Source: Hemitrygon akajei
Taxonomy: Eukaryota
NCBI RefSeq assembly: GCF_048418815.1
Contig: NC_133154.1
Location: forward strand, 388,043-452,042
Length of the DNA: 64,000 nucleotides
Direction: 5' to 3'
The position numbers were made by a program, and so were the translations under genes. Under the pieces are notes generated by a model. It was not told the origin of the DNA and searched no databases. It saw nothing but the letters and a program-made list of their open reading frames with translations. Of this stretch, positions 25,451-38,411 are shown piece after piece (the first letter of the stretch is position 1; every line of letters begins with the position of its first letter).

Positions 25451-26058
25451 CCACAACTCAAATCTGCAGCCTGGGAGTATCAATGGATTTTTTAAGCATC
25501 TTTAAAAGATATTTAGTAGCTTTATAACAAGCAATGAGGAGGAATTTTGTTAATAGCATAAACAGAATATTTGATGATCCCCTTTGGAGCTGTACACAAA
25601 AAGTTGCCACTTATTGGTGCCTTCTTCAGAATCAGGCAAAATTTCCCCAAAAGGAAACCATATGCCTTTGTCCCTCCAAATACTCTGAAATGTCATCTTT
25701 AATAATGGACTCCCAACATCTTCCCAACCACTGAGGTCAGACTAACTGGCTTATAGTTTCTTTTCTTCTGCCTCTCTCCCTGGAGTGATATTTGCAATTT
25801 CCCACTTTTCCAGAACTATTCCAGAATCTAGTGATTCTTGAAAGATCATTACTAATCTCTTCAGTTACTTCTTTCAGAACTCTGGGGTGTAGTTCATCTG
25901 GTCCATGTGACCTTTCTGCTTCCCAAGCACCTTCTCCTTAGTAATAGCAATGATACTCACTTTGAATTTTGCACCCTGACACCTTTGAATTTTTGGCATA
26001 CTGCTAGTATGTTCCACAGGGAAGACTGATGAAAATTACCTACGGTACCTGCTGTTTC

Positions 26059-26620
26059 TTAGTCCCCCATTACTACCTCTCCATAATTTTCCAGCGGTCC
26101 GATATCTACTCTCACCTCTCTTTCAAAGTAAATTTTATTATCAAAGTACATACAACCCTGAGATTCCTCTTCTGCAGGCATACTTCGCAAACCTACAGGA
26201 TCAATGGACAACAAACTGCAAATGCAAATATAAATAGCAAAAAATAAGAAGCATGAAATAACAAGGTAAAGAGACCTTACAGTGAGACCTTTGTTGTGGG
26301 AACACCAGAAATATCCCCTTTTGTTCAAGAGCCTAATGGTTGAAAGATAGCAACTGTTCTTGAACCTGGTCGTGCAAGTCCTGAGGCCTGTACCTTCTAC
26401 CTGATGGCAGCAGTGAGAAAAGAGCATGGCCTGGATGGTGAGGATCTTTGATGATGGATGCTGCTTTTCTATGGCAGTGTTTCATGTAGATACGATCAAT
26501 GGTTGGGAGGATTTTGCTTGTGATGTCCTGGGCCGACTCCACTACCATCTGTAGAATTCTCTGCTCAAAAGGTACCGTAACACAGCCAGTCAGCACTCTT
26601 TCAACCACACCATCTGTAGA
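26059..26620 (-). mobile_element. LINE-X 3' end fragment
   Basis: The ORF tail reads HPGHALFSLLPSGRRYR...TTRFKNSCYLSTIRLLN. Confidence 0.5.
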
Positions 26621-27320
26621 AGTTTGCCGAGGGTTTTAATGATATGCCAAATCCCTGCAGACTCCTGAGGAAGTAGACTCTATCATGCCTTCTTTGCAAT
26701 TATATTTAGATGATAGGTCCAGAACAAGTCCTCTGAGATAGTCTTTATGTATCTGAAAAAAAAACTTCTGGTATCTTCTTTTATATTATTGGCTAGCATA
26801 CCTTCATATTTCATTTTGTCTCCTTATGGCATGTTTAGTTGCCTTCTGTTTTATTGGGGTTGCTTCTTTTGTTTTTGTGCTGTCTTTTACTTCCCTTGTC
26901 AGTTAGTCACATCATCCTCCCTTTAGAATATTATTGTTTTAGCTTCTAAATTCTCCCAGAAATTCCAGTCATTGCTGCTCCACCGTCATCCCTGCTGGTG
27001 GCCCACTCCAATCAACTTTTGTCAGCTCTTCTCTCATGCCTCTGTAATTTCCTTTACTTCACTGTAATACTGATACACCGGACGTTCACTTCTCCTTCTC
27101 CAGCTGCAGGGTGAATGCTATCATGTTATGATCACCACCGACAAAGGATTCCTTTACCTTAAGCTCGCTAATCAATTTTGGTTCATTACAGACCACCTAA
27201 TCCAGGCGTGTACGAGGATAATGTATACAAAATTATGAGAGGTATAGGGCAAATGCAAGCAGGCTTTTACCTTTACAGTTGGGTGGGACTAGAACTTGAG
27301 ATCATGTGAAAGGTGAAATA

Positions 27321-28923
27321 CAGTGGCATGCAAAAGTTTGGGCATCCCTGGACAAAATTTCTGTTACAATGAATAGCTAAGCAAGTAAAAGATTACCTGA
27401 TTTCCAAAAGGCATAAAGTTAAAGATGACACATTTCTTTAATATTTTAAGGAAGATTACATTTTTATTTCTCTTTTAGTTTTAAAATAACAAAAAAAAGG
27501 AAAAGGGCCCGAAGCAAAAGTTTGGGCACCCTGCATGGTCAGTACTTAGTAATGCCTCCTTTGGCAAGTATCACAGCTTGTAAATGCTTTCTGTAGCCAG
27601 CTAAGAGTCTTTCAATTCTTGTTTGGGGGATTTTTGCCCATTCTTCCTTGCAAAATGCTTCTAGTTCTGTGAGATTCTTGGGCCGTCTTGCATGCACTGC
27701 TCTTTTGAGGTCTATCCACAGATTTTTGATGATGTTTAGGTCGGGGGACTGTGAGGGCCATGGCAAAACCTTCAGCTTGCGCCTCTTGAGGTAGTCCATT
27801 GTGGATTTTGAGGTGTGTTTAGGATAATTATCCTGTTGTGGAAGCCATCCTCTTTTCATCTTCAGCTTTTTTACAGATGGTGTGATGTTTGCTTCCAGAA
27901 CTTGTTGATTGAATTCATTCTTCCCTCTACCAGTGAAATGTTCCCCGTGCCACTGGCTGCAACACAAGCCCAAAGCATGATCGATCCACCCCCATGCTTA
28001 ACAGTTGTTGAGGTGTTCTTTTCATGAAGTTCTGCACCCTTTTTTCTCCAAACATACCTTTGCTCATTGCAGCCAAAAAGTTCTATTTTAACTTCATCAG
28101 TCCACAGGACTTGTTTCCAAAATGCATCAGGCTTGTTTAGATGTTCCTTTGCAAACTTCTGACGCTGAATTTTGTGGTGAGGACGCAGGAAAGGTTTTCT
28201 TCTGATGACTCTTCCGTGAAGGTTATATTTGTGCAGGAGTCGCTGCACAGTAGAACAGTGCATCACCACTCCAGAGTCTGCTAAATCTTCCTGAAGGTCT
28301 TTTGCAGTCAAATGGGGGTTTTGATTTGCCTTTCTAGCAATCCTACAAGCAGTTCTCTCAAAGTTTTCTTGGTCTTCCAGACCTCAACTTGACCTCCATC
28401 ATTCCTGTTAACTGCCATTTCTTAATTACATTACTAACTGAGGAAATGGCTACCTGAAAACACTTTGCTATCTTCTTTTCACCTTCTCCTGCTTTGTGGG
28501 CATCATTTATTTTAATTTTCAGAGTGCTAGGCAGCTGCTTAGAGGAGCCCATGGCTGCTGATTGTTGGAACAAAGTTTGAGGAGTCAGGGTATTTATAAA
28601 GCTTTGAAATTTGTATCACCTAGCCTTTCCTAACAATGACTGAACAAGCCATAGTCCTAACAAGTTAATTAAGGTCTGAGACCTTGGTAAAGATATCTGA
28701 GAGCTCAAATCTCTTGGGGTGCCCAAACTTCTGCATGGTGCTCCTTTCCTTTTTTTCCCACTCTAAAATTGTACAAAACAAAAATAATACACTAATCTTG
28801 CTTAAAATGTTAGAAAGAATGTTTCATCTTTAACTTTATGACTTTTGGAGATCAGTTCCTCTTCTACTCACTTCACAGTAACAGAAATTTTGACCGGGGT
28901 GCCCAAACTTTAGCATGCCACTG
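27321..28923 (-). mobile_element. Tc1-like DNA transposon with TIRs and a TA TSD; the transposase is a pseudogene with frameshifts
   Basis: The TIRs are cagtggcatgcaaaagtttgggca and tgcccaaactttagcatgccactg. Internal direct repeats of gcaaaagtttgggcaccc are present. TA duplications lie at 27319..27320 and 28924..28925. Minus ORFs at 28358..28573, 27871..28311 and 27539..27973 give the HTH and DDE domains (WTDE, SPDLN). The element sits inside a CR1 3' tail spanning 27180..29440. Confidence 0.85.
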
Positions 28924-29844
28924 TATTTAAAGGGAACTTTTTCACTCAGGGTGAGGTGTGATTTAAAAGTTTGAATGGGTACATGGGTGGGAGGAATATC
29001 GAAGGCTATAGTCTGGTTGCAGGCAATGGTCTGAAGGGTGATGAGAGATGTACAATAAGAGGCATTGGTAGAGTGGGCAGGGCAGAAATAGCTTACAGGA
29101 GAGGGAATAATTTTGAGGTGATTGGAAGAAAGTATGGGGGGGATGTCAAGAGGGAGGTTTTGTACAGAGTGGTGGGTGTGTGGAACACCCTTCCAAGGGG
29201 TGGTGAGAGGCAGATGCATTAGGGACATGTAAGAGACTCACAGACAGCATATTGATGCAAGAAAAGGAGACAATGTTGGAGGGAAGGGTCTTGTTGATTA
29301 AAAGGTCAGCACATTTTGGAATATTATTGCATACAATTCTACGTTCTTAACTCCCAAATAAAGTAGAGGCACTGGCATTGATCAGTTAGGGCCAGGACAG
29401 GTCCTCGGAGACCTTGAGTAACACACACAAAATGCCAGAGGAATGCAGCAGGTCAGGCAGCATCTATGGAGGGGAAAAGCAGTTGCTGTTCTGGGCCAAG
29501 ACCCTTCTTCCAGCATGTGCAAAATCTTGTTTGTCCTGAGATGCTGAAGCCTTGGAACTTGAAGCCCACTCTTTACACCGCATCTTTTAGCCAAAAAGAT
29601 ATCCACCTGTACTTTCCTCATGAATCTAACTCACAATTCTTTTTGTATTATTCTGTTTGATTCAAACTTTTAACTTTTTTTTATATCTTGCACTGGATTG
29701 CAGCTGAGAAACTACAAACTTTAGGGTATCTGTTAGTGATAATTATTCTGATTGGGAACATCTTTAGCCGCCTTGTGCTCTGTGAAGCCGAACACCCTGC
29801 TTTTCCTCACTATGGTCTCACACTTCCCTCTTCTCTCATTACAG

Positions 29845-30270
29845 ATCCCTCGGCTGTTGTCCTGTACGAAGAATCTCTGGATGCGGCCCCTGTGGCCGAC
29901 TGAGTGTCGGGCCATCTCTGAACACGGCAGGGACTGGGTAGGGGAGTGGGAGGTTCCTTGAGCACATTGCCCTCTCTACCATACACGCAGAGCGTTCCCA
30001 TGGAGAGATGGGACAGTGGGGAGGGCAGGAGTGCAGGTGGTTGGTGTGGGAACAAGTGAAGGGTCTGTGAAAATCTGTCAGCAACGCCATTAAACTTCTT
30101 GTTTGTTTTTGTATCAGAGTCCCGCGTCCTGTCTTTGGTCTGGGGAGACAGGAGAGGGGGTGGGTGAGAGCAGGTGAGGAAGGGAAGAAGAGTTAGAGAC
30201 TCCTGTAGGACTCACAGCTGTTTTGAGAAATGTATAAAAAACCTTTATTAAATCGCACACGAAACACGGA
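29845..30270 (+). other. Speculative terminal exon of the + strand gene
   Basis: A polypyrimidine tract and cag acceptor end at 29844. A short ORF ends ...DPSAVVLYEESLDAAPVAD* in the phase reached from exon 1 through the 33-nt exon. ATTAAA lies at 30251..30256. Confidence 0.15.
30244..30249 (-). terminator. KIF22: AATAAA polyadenylation signal of the KIF22 3'UTR
   Basis: The plus strand reads tttatt at 30244..30249, about 185 nt downstream of the stop in transcript sense. Confidence 0.45.
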
Positions 30271-30432
30271 GGCTGGGTGGAGCCTCTGACACAAAGCATT
30301 ATGATACAAGCCATCATTACTGACGTACACCAGGAAAGCTGCTCCTTCTCCCACCCCACACCTTGAAGGAAGGAGAGGTGGGAATCCTCGGCAACTCCCT
30401 GAAGGGGGAGGGGGCTTCTGAAACTGACGCTG

Positions 30433-30462
30433 TCACTTGGCAAGGCAGCTGAGAGCGTTGGC
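30433..30462 (-). CDS. KIF22: KIF22 terminal coding exon (ANALSCLAK*); the 3'UTR extends to about 30228
   Basis: Acceptor tctctgtctcacag. It is in frame with the preceding exon. The peptide matches the kinesin Kid C-terminus as I recall it (...FLKANILGL...). Confidence 0.6.
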   Translation of the reverse strand, partial: ANALSCLAK

Positions 30463-31304
30463 CTGTGAGACAGAGAGAATGTGTTACATCCAGGGGTCAG
30501 GAAAGGGAAAGAGGCAGAGTGTTAGAGCCCATTGTAGTAGAGATGAGTCAGTTACACAGCACAGAAACAGCCCTTCAGCCCAACCAGTCCATGCTGACTC
30601 AGATCCCCATCTGAACCTGTCCTATCTGCTCACAATTGACCCAAATCCCTCTAAATCTTTCCTACGCATGGACCTGTCCGAGTGTCTTTTACATGTTAAT
30701 GTAGTTGCCTCAGCCACTTCCTCTGGCAGCTCGTTCCATTTATGGATGAAAAAGGTCCCTATTAAATCTCCTTTCCCTCATACTTTAAATGTGCCCTCTG
30801 GATTTTGATTCCCCAACCCGGGGAAAAGACTGCACATTCACCCTATCTGTGCCCCTCATTTTATACACCTCTGTAAGGTCAACTCTCAGTCTCCTACGCC
30901 CCAGGGAATAAAATCACAACCCATCCAATCTCTTCCATGTCTCAAGTCTCAACACCTCATAAATCTTCACCACGCTTTTTCCATCTAAACAGCATCTTTC
31001 CTATAGCTTAGTGACCAACACTTCAAGGCAGATCACCAACATGGGCTCCCTTCCACAAACCTCCTGATGGGAGGTTCCCTCCATTCCACAATCCTCCTGC
31101 AGTGAGATACACCCCTCCCACAACCTGCTGGGAAAAAGCTCCCCTCCCATTGGAAGCAACCCTCCCTTCTTCCAAACCCCCGGGAGAGAGGTTCTCTCCC
31201 ACAGGTCCCCTGCTACGTGAGGTGTAAGAGCCTCATGCAGCTGACCTGCCACCAGCCCCTCTCTGTCATTTGTTGAGTTGTTTTTTCACCTCTTGATTTC
31301 TCAC

Positions 31305-31361
31305 CTTCATGAAGGTGGAGAGGAACTTGGCTGACATGCCGACCTTGGCAAGATCCTCAAT
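31305..31361 (-). CDS. KIF22: KIF22 exon (IEDLAKVGMSAKFLSTFMK)
   Basis: Acceptor ctctctctgcag, donor GTGAGAAAT, phase 0 to 0. It is homologous to the VEDLERVEGI.GKQMESFLK segment that follows the HhH domain of Kid. Confidence 0.7.
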
Positions 31362-31499
31362 CTGCAGAGAGAGGAAGAGGGAGTGTGGTGAGAACTGGGA
31401 GGGAGGAAGAGAGGTTCAGAGACACACTGAACCCCAATCCCCTTGTTCTGCTCAAATCTGTCCGTCCATTTCCCACCCCCTCTCAAGATCAATTAACTG

Positions 31500-32820
31500 A
31501 ACCAGATGGACTTCATCCCAAATGTTTTGAAAGAGGTGGCTGAAGTGTTCATGGAGGCATTAGTAATGATCTTTCAAGAATCACTAGACTTTGGCATGGT
31601 TCCAGAGGACTGAAAAATTACAAATGCCATTTCACTCTTTAAGAGGGAGGGAGGCAAAAGGAAGGAAATTATAGTCCACGTAGCCTGACCTCAGTGGTTA
31701 GGAAGATGTTGGTGTCCATTGTTAAGGATAAGATTTTGGGGTACTTGGAGGCACGTGAAAAAGAAAATAGGCCAAAGTCAACATGGTTTTTCGTAAGGAA
31801 AAATCTTGCCTGACAAATCTGTTGGAATTCTTTGAGGAAATAACAAGCAGGATAGACAAAGGAGAGTCGATGGATTCTCCTTTGACAAGCTGCCACATGT
31901 GAGACTGCTGAAGGTAAGAACCCATGGTCAGGCAAAGATACTGGCATGGATGGAAGATTGGCAGGAGGCAGAGTGGGGAAAAAGGGAGCCTTTTCTGGTT
32001 GGTTGCCAGTGGCTGAGTGGAGCAGGGGTTGGTGTTGGGACTGATTCACGTTAATGATTTAGATGTCAGAATGAAAGGCTTTGCGAATGATATGAAGGTG
32101 GGTAGTTTTGAGGAAGCGGGGGGTTGCAGAAGGGCTGAAACAATTTGGGAGAATAGACAAAGAAGTGGCAGATGGAAAACAGCTTCAGGAAGTATACGGT
32201 CATGCACTTTGGTAGAAGAAATAAAGGCATGGACTTTTTAATGAGGAGAAAATTCAGAGATGCAAAGGGACCCAGGAGTCCTTGTGCAAGATTCTCTGAA
32301 GTTTCATTTGCAGATTTGAGTCTGTGGTGAGGAAGGCAAATGCAATGTAGCATTAATTTCAAGAGGACTAGGGAAAAAAAAGCAAGATGTAATGTTGAGA
32401 CTTTATAAAGCACTGGTGAGCCCTCACTTGGAGTATTGTAAGTAGTTTGGGCCCCTTGTGCAAGAAAGGATGTGCTGGCATTGGAGAGTATGAGGAGCGT
32501 TTGAGGTCTCTGGGCCTGTACTCACTGGAGATTAGAATAATGATGGAGGGGGTGGAATCTCATTAGAACACCTAGTCAGAGTAGAAGTGGAGATGATGTT
32601 TCCTATAGTGGGAGTATCTAGGAACAGAGGGCACAGCCTCAGAATAGAAGGACTTCCATTCAGAACAGAGATGAAGAGAAACTTCTTTAGCGAGATGACT
32701 GTGGAAGCCAAGTCATTGAGTATGTTTAAAGTGGAGGCTGATAGATTCTTAGTTAGTCATTGCATCAAAGGTTACAGGGAGAAGGCATTGAGAGGGATAA
32801 TAAATCAGCCATGATGGAAT
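31500..32820 (+). mobile_element. Degenerate CR1-like RT and 3' fragment
   Basis: Residual motifs include DFGMVPEDW, LVLGLIHVNDLD, LVSPHLEYCKQFGPL and RGHSLRIEGLPFRTEMKRNFFS. Confidence 0.5.
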
Positions 32821-33418
32821 AGTGGAGTAGACTTGCTGGGCTAAATTCCACTCCTATGTCTCATGGTCTCTCTGCACACACATTCACCCCAAAATCTGTC
32901 CATTCCCTACCACCCATTGGTTCCCCCTGCAACATTGTGGCACAACTGTGCAGGCACATGGACATCAGCGAGTTAGAGCAGTAGGAAGAATTTAAAAAGA
33001 AGACAGCTACATAGAGCGGACGATATAGAAGGGGTCAGAATAGGAGAGCTTTGGCTCAACGGGGCTTCAGCGAAAACACGTCGAGGCAAGGTAAGTTACT
33101 TGTGAAGAATAGGAATGGGAAGTATGTCTGTGAAGTCGGTGTTCTGTACTGGGTGTTAGACGTGGCCGCATGTGTGCCGGGTGTGTTGAGTTGCAGCTCC
33201 TGAGGGACCGCGTTAGTGAACTGGTGATGTAGTTCGACAACCTTCGTCTGGTCAGGGTAAGTGAGGAGGTGATGGAGAGGAACTATAGGCAAGTAGTCAC
33301 ACTGGGGCCTCGGGAGACAGGTAAGTGGGTAACAGTCAGGAGAGTGAAGGGCAAGGGTCAGATATTAGAGGGTACCCCTGTGGCTGTCCCCCTTAACAAT
33401 AAGTACTCCTGTTTGAGT

Positions 33419-34035
33419 CCCAAACAGTCCTTCCAGGTGAGGCAACACTTCACTTGTCTGTTGGGGTAATCTATTGCATCCAGTGCTCCCGGTGCGGCCT
33501 CCTCTACATCGGCGAGACACGACGCAGACTGGGGGAATCACTTTGTCGAGCACCTACGCTCCGTCCGCCACAACAGACAGGATCTCCCGGTTGCCACTCA
33601 CTTCAACTCTCTTTCACATTCCCATTCGGATATGTCCATACATGGCCTCCTCTACTGCCATGATGAGGCCAAACTTCGGCTGGAGGAACAACATCTCATC
33701 TACCGTCTGGTAGTCTCCAGCCCCTTGGTATGAACATCGAGTTCTCCAACTTCCGGTAATTCCCTCCCTCTCCCTTCCCCCATCCCACCTCTACTCTGTC
33801 TCCTAGCTGCCTATCACCTCTCATGACTCTGCCTTCTTCTACTACCCATAGTGCTTTCCCCATAGATTCCTTCACCTCTCCTGCCTAACCCCTCCCTGCT
33901 TCCCCTCCCCCCACCTTCTTCATAGGGCTCCTGCCCCCTCCTTTAGTCCTGACGAAAGGTCTCGACCCGAACCGTTGACTGCTTCTTTCAACGGATGCTG
34001 CCTGACCTGCTGAGTTCATCCAGCTTTTTTGTACG
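33419..34035 (+). mobile_element. 5'-truncated Penelope-like element 3' end, second copy, inserted in CR1 ORF1
   Basis: GIY-YIG motifs IYCIQCSRCGLLYIGETRRRLGE, PVATHFNS and EEQHLIYRL. The same tail as 6131..7002. The 12-bp TSD tcctgtttgagt lies at 33407..33418 and 34036..34047. Confidence 0.7.
33944..33979 (+). ncRNA. Hammerhead motif, second PLE copy, probably inactive
   Basis: CUGACGA, helix II AGGUCUCGACC, then GAAC instead of GAAA, then GUUGAC. The catalytic GAAA is mutated. Confidence 0.4.
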
Positions 34036-36759
34036 TCCTGTTTGAGTACTGTTGGGGAGAGGGGTGGTTGACCTACCAGGGGGAAACAACAGTGGCTGCA
34101 CTTCTGGCACAGAGTCTGGCCCTGTGGCTCAGAAGGCTAGGGAAAGGAACAGGATGGCAGGTGTGATAGGGGACTCTATAGTTAGAGGATCAGACAGGCG
34201 ATTCTGTGGACACAGGAAAAAAACTGGGATGGTAGTTTGCCTCCCAGGTGCCAGGGTCCGAGACGTTTCTGATCGTGTCCGCGATATCCTGAAATGGGAA
34301 GAACAGCCAGATGTAGTGGTACGTATTGGTACCAACGACATGGGTAGGAAAAGGGAGGAGGTACTGAAAGCAGACTACAGGGAGTTAGGAAGAAGCTGAG
34401 AAGTAGGACCTCAAAGGTAGTAATCTCGGGATTACTGCCTGTGCCACATGACATTGAGTATATGAATAGAGTGAGGTGGAGGATAAATGCGTGGCTGTGG
34501 GATTGGAGCAGGGGGCAGAGATTCAGATTTCTGGATCATTGGGACTTCCCTTGGGGCAGGCATAACCTGTACAAAAAGGACGGGTTGCACTTGAATCCAA
34601 GGGGGACCAATATTCTGGCAGGGAGGTTTGCTATGGCTATTGGGGAGAGTTTAAGCTAGAATTGCTGGGGGGTGGGAACCGAACTGAAGAGACAGAGGAA
34701 GGCTCACAGATAGAGAAAGCTTGTAGACAGTGTGAGAGGGAGGATAGGCAGGTGATAGAGAAGGGACATGCTCAATCCAATGGTTTGAGATGTGTCTATT
34801 TTAATGCAAGGAGGATCATGAACAAAGTGAATGAACTTAGAGCATGGATCAGTACTTGAAGCTATGATGTTGTGGCCATTACAGAGACTTGGATGGCTCA
34901 AGGACAGGAATGGTTACTTCAAGTGCCAGGCTTTAGATGTTTCAGAAAGGACAAGGAGGGAAGCAAAAGAGGTGGGGGCATGGTACTGCTGATCAGATAG
35001 TGTCATGGCTGCAGAAAAGGAGGAAGCTGTCTACTGAGCCTCTGTGGGTGGAAGTTAGAAACAGGAAGGAGTCAATAACTCTACTGGGTGCTTTTTTTAA
35101 ATATATCGTTACAGGGACTTCGCGGAGCACATAGGGTGACAGATTCCAGAATGGTGCATAATAATAGGGTTGTCATGATGGGAAATTTTAATTTCCTCAA
35201 TATTAATTGGCATCTCCCTAGAGCAAGGAGTTTAGATGGGCTGGAGTTTGTTAGGTGTATTCAGGAAGGTATGTAGGTAAGCCTACAAGAGGAGAGGCTG
35301 TACTTGATCTGGTATTGGGAAATGAATCTGGTTAGGGGTCAGGTCTCTCAGTAGGAGAGCATTTTGGAGATAGTGATCACAATTCTATCTCATTTACCAT
35401 AGCATCGGAGAGGGATAGGGACAGACAAGTTAGGAAAGCATTTGATTGGAGAAAGGGGAAATATGAAGCTCTCAGGCAGAAACTTGGAAGCAGTAGATGT
35501 AGTGTATATGGATTTCAGCAAGGCATTTGATAAGGTACCCCATGGAAGGCTTATTGAGAAAGTAAGGAAGCATGGGATCCAAAGGAGCCTTGCTTTGTGG
35601 ATCCAGAATTGGTTTGCACACAGAAGGCAAAGAATGCTTGCAGACAGGTCATATTCTGCATGGAGGTCGGTGACCAGTGGTGTGCCTCAGGGATCTGTTC
35701 TAGGACCCTTTCTCGTCATAATTTTAATAAATGACCTGGATAAGGAAGTGGAGGTATGGGTTAGTAAGTTTGCTGATGACACAAAGGTTGGGGGGTGTTG
35801 TGGATAGTGTGGAGGGCTGTCAGAGGTTACAGCGGGACATTGATAGGATGCAAAACTGGGCTGAGAAGTGACAGATGGAGTTCAACCCAAATAAGTGTGA
35901 GGTGGTTTATTTTGGTAGGTCAAATATAATGGCAGAATATGGTATTAATAATAAGACTCTTAGTAGTGTGGAGGATCAGAGGGATCTTGGGATCCAAGTC
36001 CATAGGACACTCAAAGCTGCTGCGCATTGGCCTTCATCAACCTTGGGATTGAGTTCAAGAGCTGAGAGGTAACGTTGCTGCTATATAGGACCCTGGTCAG
36101 ACCCCACTTGGAGTACTGTGCTCAGTTCTGGTCACCTCACTACAGGAAGGAGGAAACTAGAAAGGGTGCAGAGGAGATTTACAGGATGTTGCCTGGATTG
36201 GGGAGCATTACCTATGAGAATAGGTTGAGTGAACTTGGCCTTTTCTCCTTGGAGCGACAGAGGATGAGAGGTGACCTGATAGTGGTGTATAAGATGATGA
36301 GAGGTATTGATCATGTGGATAGGCAGAGGCTTTTTCCCAGGGCTGAAATGGCTAACATGAGAGGGCACAGTCTTAAAGTGCAGAAGTAGGTACAGAGGAG
36401 ATGTCAGGGGTAAGTTTTTAAAAAAATGCAGAGTGGTGAGTGCGTGTAATGGGCTGCCGGCGATGGTGGTCTTTAAGATCTTTTAAGAGACTCCTGGATA
36501 GGTACATGGAACTTAGGAAAATAGAGGGCTATGGATAACCCCAGGTAATTTCTCAGGTAAGGACATGTTTGGCACAGCATAGTGGGCCGAAGGGCCTGTG
36601 TTGTGCTGTAGGTTTTCTATGTTTTGATGTTTCTATGTAACCACCTAGAGGAGTCTACCACAGCCCCAACCCCATGTACTTGTGATGCGGACTGTCCCAC
36701 CTGCTTCTCACACTTTGTGTGAGGTCTGTGAGAACCCACCCCCAGCCCTTAGTCTGTAC

Positions 36760-36954
36760 CTGCGAGTACGGCCCATGGCACTCTCTCCAGCCAAGAATGA
36801 GCTGAGCGGTCTTGTCTCCCACCCTCTGCAAGGTCTTGAGCTGGCGGAGGGAGCCCTCATTCAGCACGGCCAGGATCTGTTCCTTCTGCTGTTCAGCAAG
36901 TTGTACATCCATCATCAACTCTACACCACCCCCCTGCTCCTTCTTTGCATTGTC
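36760..36954 (-). CDS. KIF22: KIF22 exon encoding the C-terminal helix-hairpin-helix DNA-binding domain
   Basis: The translation is DNAKKEQGGGVELMMDVQLAEQQKEQILAVLNEGSLRQLKTLQRVGDKTAQLILGWRECHGPYSQ. This is the ComEA-type HhH consensus. It aligns with the Kid segment [39 protein letters not shown]. Acceptor ctctccaccacctccag, donor GTACAG. Confidence 0.75.
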
Positions 36955-37508
36955 CTGGAGGTGGTGGAGAGACAGGGGTTGGAGTCAGCACCCACTCACC
37001 ATTCAAACACACTTCCTTCATCTACAGGGTCCAGAGTGGAGGTGGTAAGAGGAGAGGGCAGACACCGGTCACCCCTCACTCACACACACTCACTCTCCAT
37101 ACCAGCCTGCCTTCCCTGGGCTCCAGCGCAGAGAGGAAGGTAAGGACTGGTCAGGTTCTTATTCCTCACCTCTCAGGTACATGTCCCTCCACCCTCTGCT
37201 GGCAGGAGAGGAGGAGGTGGGAGAGAGACAGAGAGGTGGTGTGGAGACTGCAGTTGGATAGCAGTGTTTCTCTCTCATCCCCTCAGCCACATTCTCATTG
37301 AGGGTGTCCCTGAAAAGAGACACCCGTCAGAGTTAACACATCCATTTCCATCTCCACCAACAGTATCGCCCTGAGTACACAGAGTGACCTGGTCGAACAC
37401 AAGACAGCCTCTCTCTCCTTGGTGGGTGGTACTAACCCCTCCTCTCCCACATCCACCCCTCCAACCCCTAATTCCACCCCCCCCCCCCCCCCCCCCCCAC
37501 CATTTTAC

Positions 37509-37579
37509 CTCGACCTGCTTCTCCTTGCGCTTCAGCACCAGCACATCCCCGGTTTGGAGACACTCAGTATTGTCTATGC
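37509..37579 (-). CDS. KIF22: KIF22 exon (R)IDNTECLQTGDVLVLKRKEKQVE
   Basis: Acceptor ctctgctctctcccag, donor GTAAAATG. The phase-1 start matches the phase-1 end of the upstream exon. The basic KRKEK cluster aligns with Kid KNKGRKRK. Confidence 0.6.
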
Positions 37580-37856
37580 CTGGGAGAGAGCAGAGGCACA
37601 CACAACCGTCAGAGTGAACAAGGCAGGGGAAGGGTGAGGGTTTGAGGAACAAGAAGTGGGCAATGTTGGGAACAATGAGGGGGGTGGGGGAAGAGTTAAG
37701 GGAGTTGGATGACGGAGAGAAGGGGGGCTGATGACAGAATGGGGTAGAGAAGGGAGCAGGGTTTAGATATAGGTTGATAGGCAGAGGGAGGAGGTACGAA
37801 GACAGCCCCATGCATCGGTCTCCCTCCCTCCTGGACCCCTCACCCACAGAACGTAC

Positions 37857-38013
37857 GCTGTAAAGGGGTGACGATGGCTTTGTTCCTTTTCTTAGCCACT
37901 GAACTCTTACGCAGGATGGGGTCCTTGCCACAGGGGAGGAGGCCATTTCCAGTTCCTGTGGTTTCCTGTGCACTAATGACTTTCTCGAGTTCTTGCTGTC
38001 TCCGCTCCAAATG
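37857..38013 (-). CDS. KIF22: KIF22 stalk exon (HLERRQQELEKVISAQE...KKRNKAIVTPLQ)
   Basis: Acceptor atacacccag, donor GTACGT, phase 0 to 1. Confidence 0.6.
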
Positions 38014-38411
38014 CTGGGTGTATTTTATATAGATAGATATAAATATACACACACACACACCGAGAGGAGGGGGTAGAGAGGGAGAGAGAGAGAGGTACAT
38101 TGTGTGGTCAGATGACATCTCTCTGACATCTAGTTCCCTTAGCGTACAGGGATTCCCCTCTTTCTAACCCATGGGCCACAAGGCAAGATAAGGAACAGGG
38201 ATATTGCTGAATTCTCCCTCTCCCTCCAACCACTTTGCCCAAAGGTCTTTGCCCGAAACATTGAATGCTTTTATCCCTCTGTAGATACTGCCTGACCTGT
38301 TGAGTCTGTGGTGCTCTATATTTGCAGCATCGAAATAATATTGTATCCATCTCCCCAGTTCCCTCCCTCTCCTCCCCACTCCACCTCAGTGATCACTATG
38401 CTGTGATGGAC

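Larger units (their letters stand above)
33000..36650 (+). mobile_element. Near full-length CR1-like LINE with a PLE insertion and an internal deletion
   Basis: The 5' region and ORF1 start run 33056..33418. ORF1 at 34052..34659 has SGNH/GDSL esterase motifs (GDSIVRG, IGTNDMG, DGLHLN). ORF2 has the APE (ITETWM, NFNFLNINWH) at 34860..35300, the RT at 35442..36389 and the tail to about 36650. A deletion separates the APE from the RT. Confidence 0.75.

Noticed and set aside
29688-29961. Alternative reading of the candidate + strand terminal exon in the phase reached via an ATG start in the 33-nt exon, giving a Cys-rich peptide MGSDLGEAQTGSLGCCPVRRISGCGPCGRL...
   Set aside because: The frame does not stop cleanly. 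It continues to TAG at 29943 and has no homology. It is kept only as a low-confidence feature, not as a finding on its own.
36132-36368. ORFs encoding HMINASHHLIHHYQVTSHPLSLQGEKAKF, repeated at 13389..13757 and 21919..22200, considered as a distinct conserved protein
   Set aside because: These are the antisense strand of the CR1 RT C-terminal region (LVRPHLEYCAQFW...). The recurrence reflects CR1 copy number.
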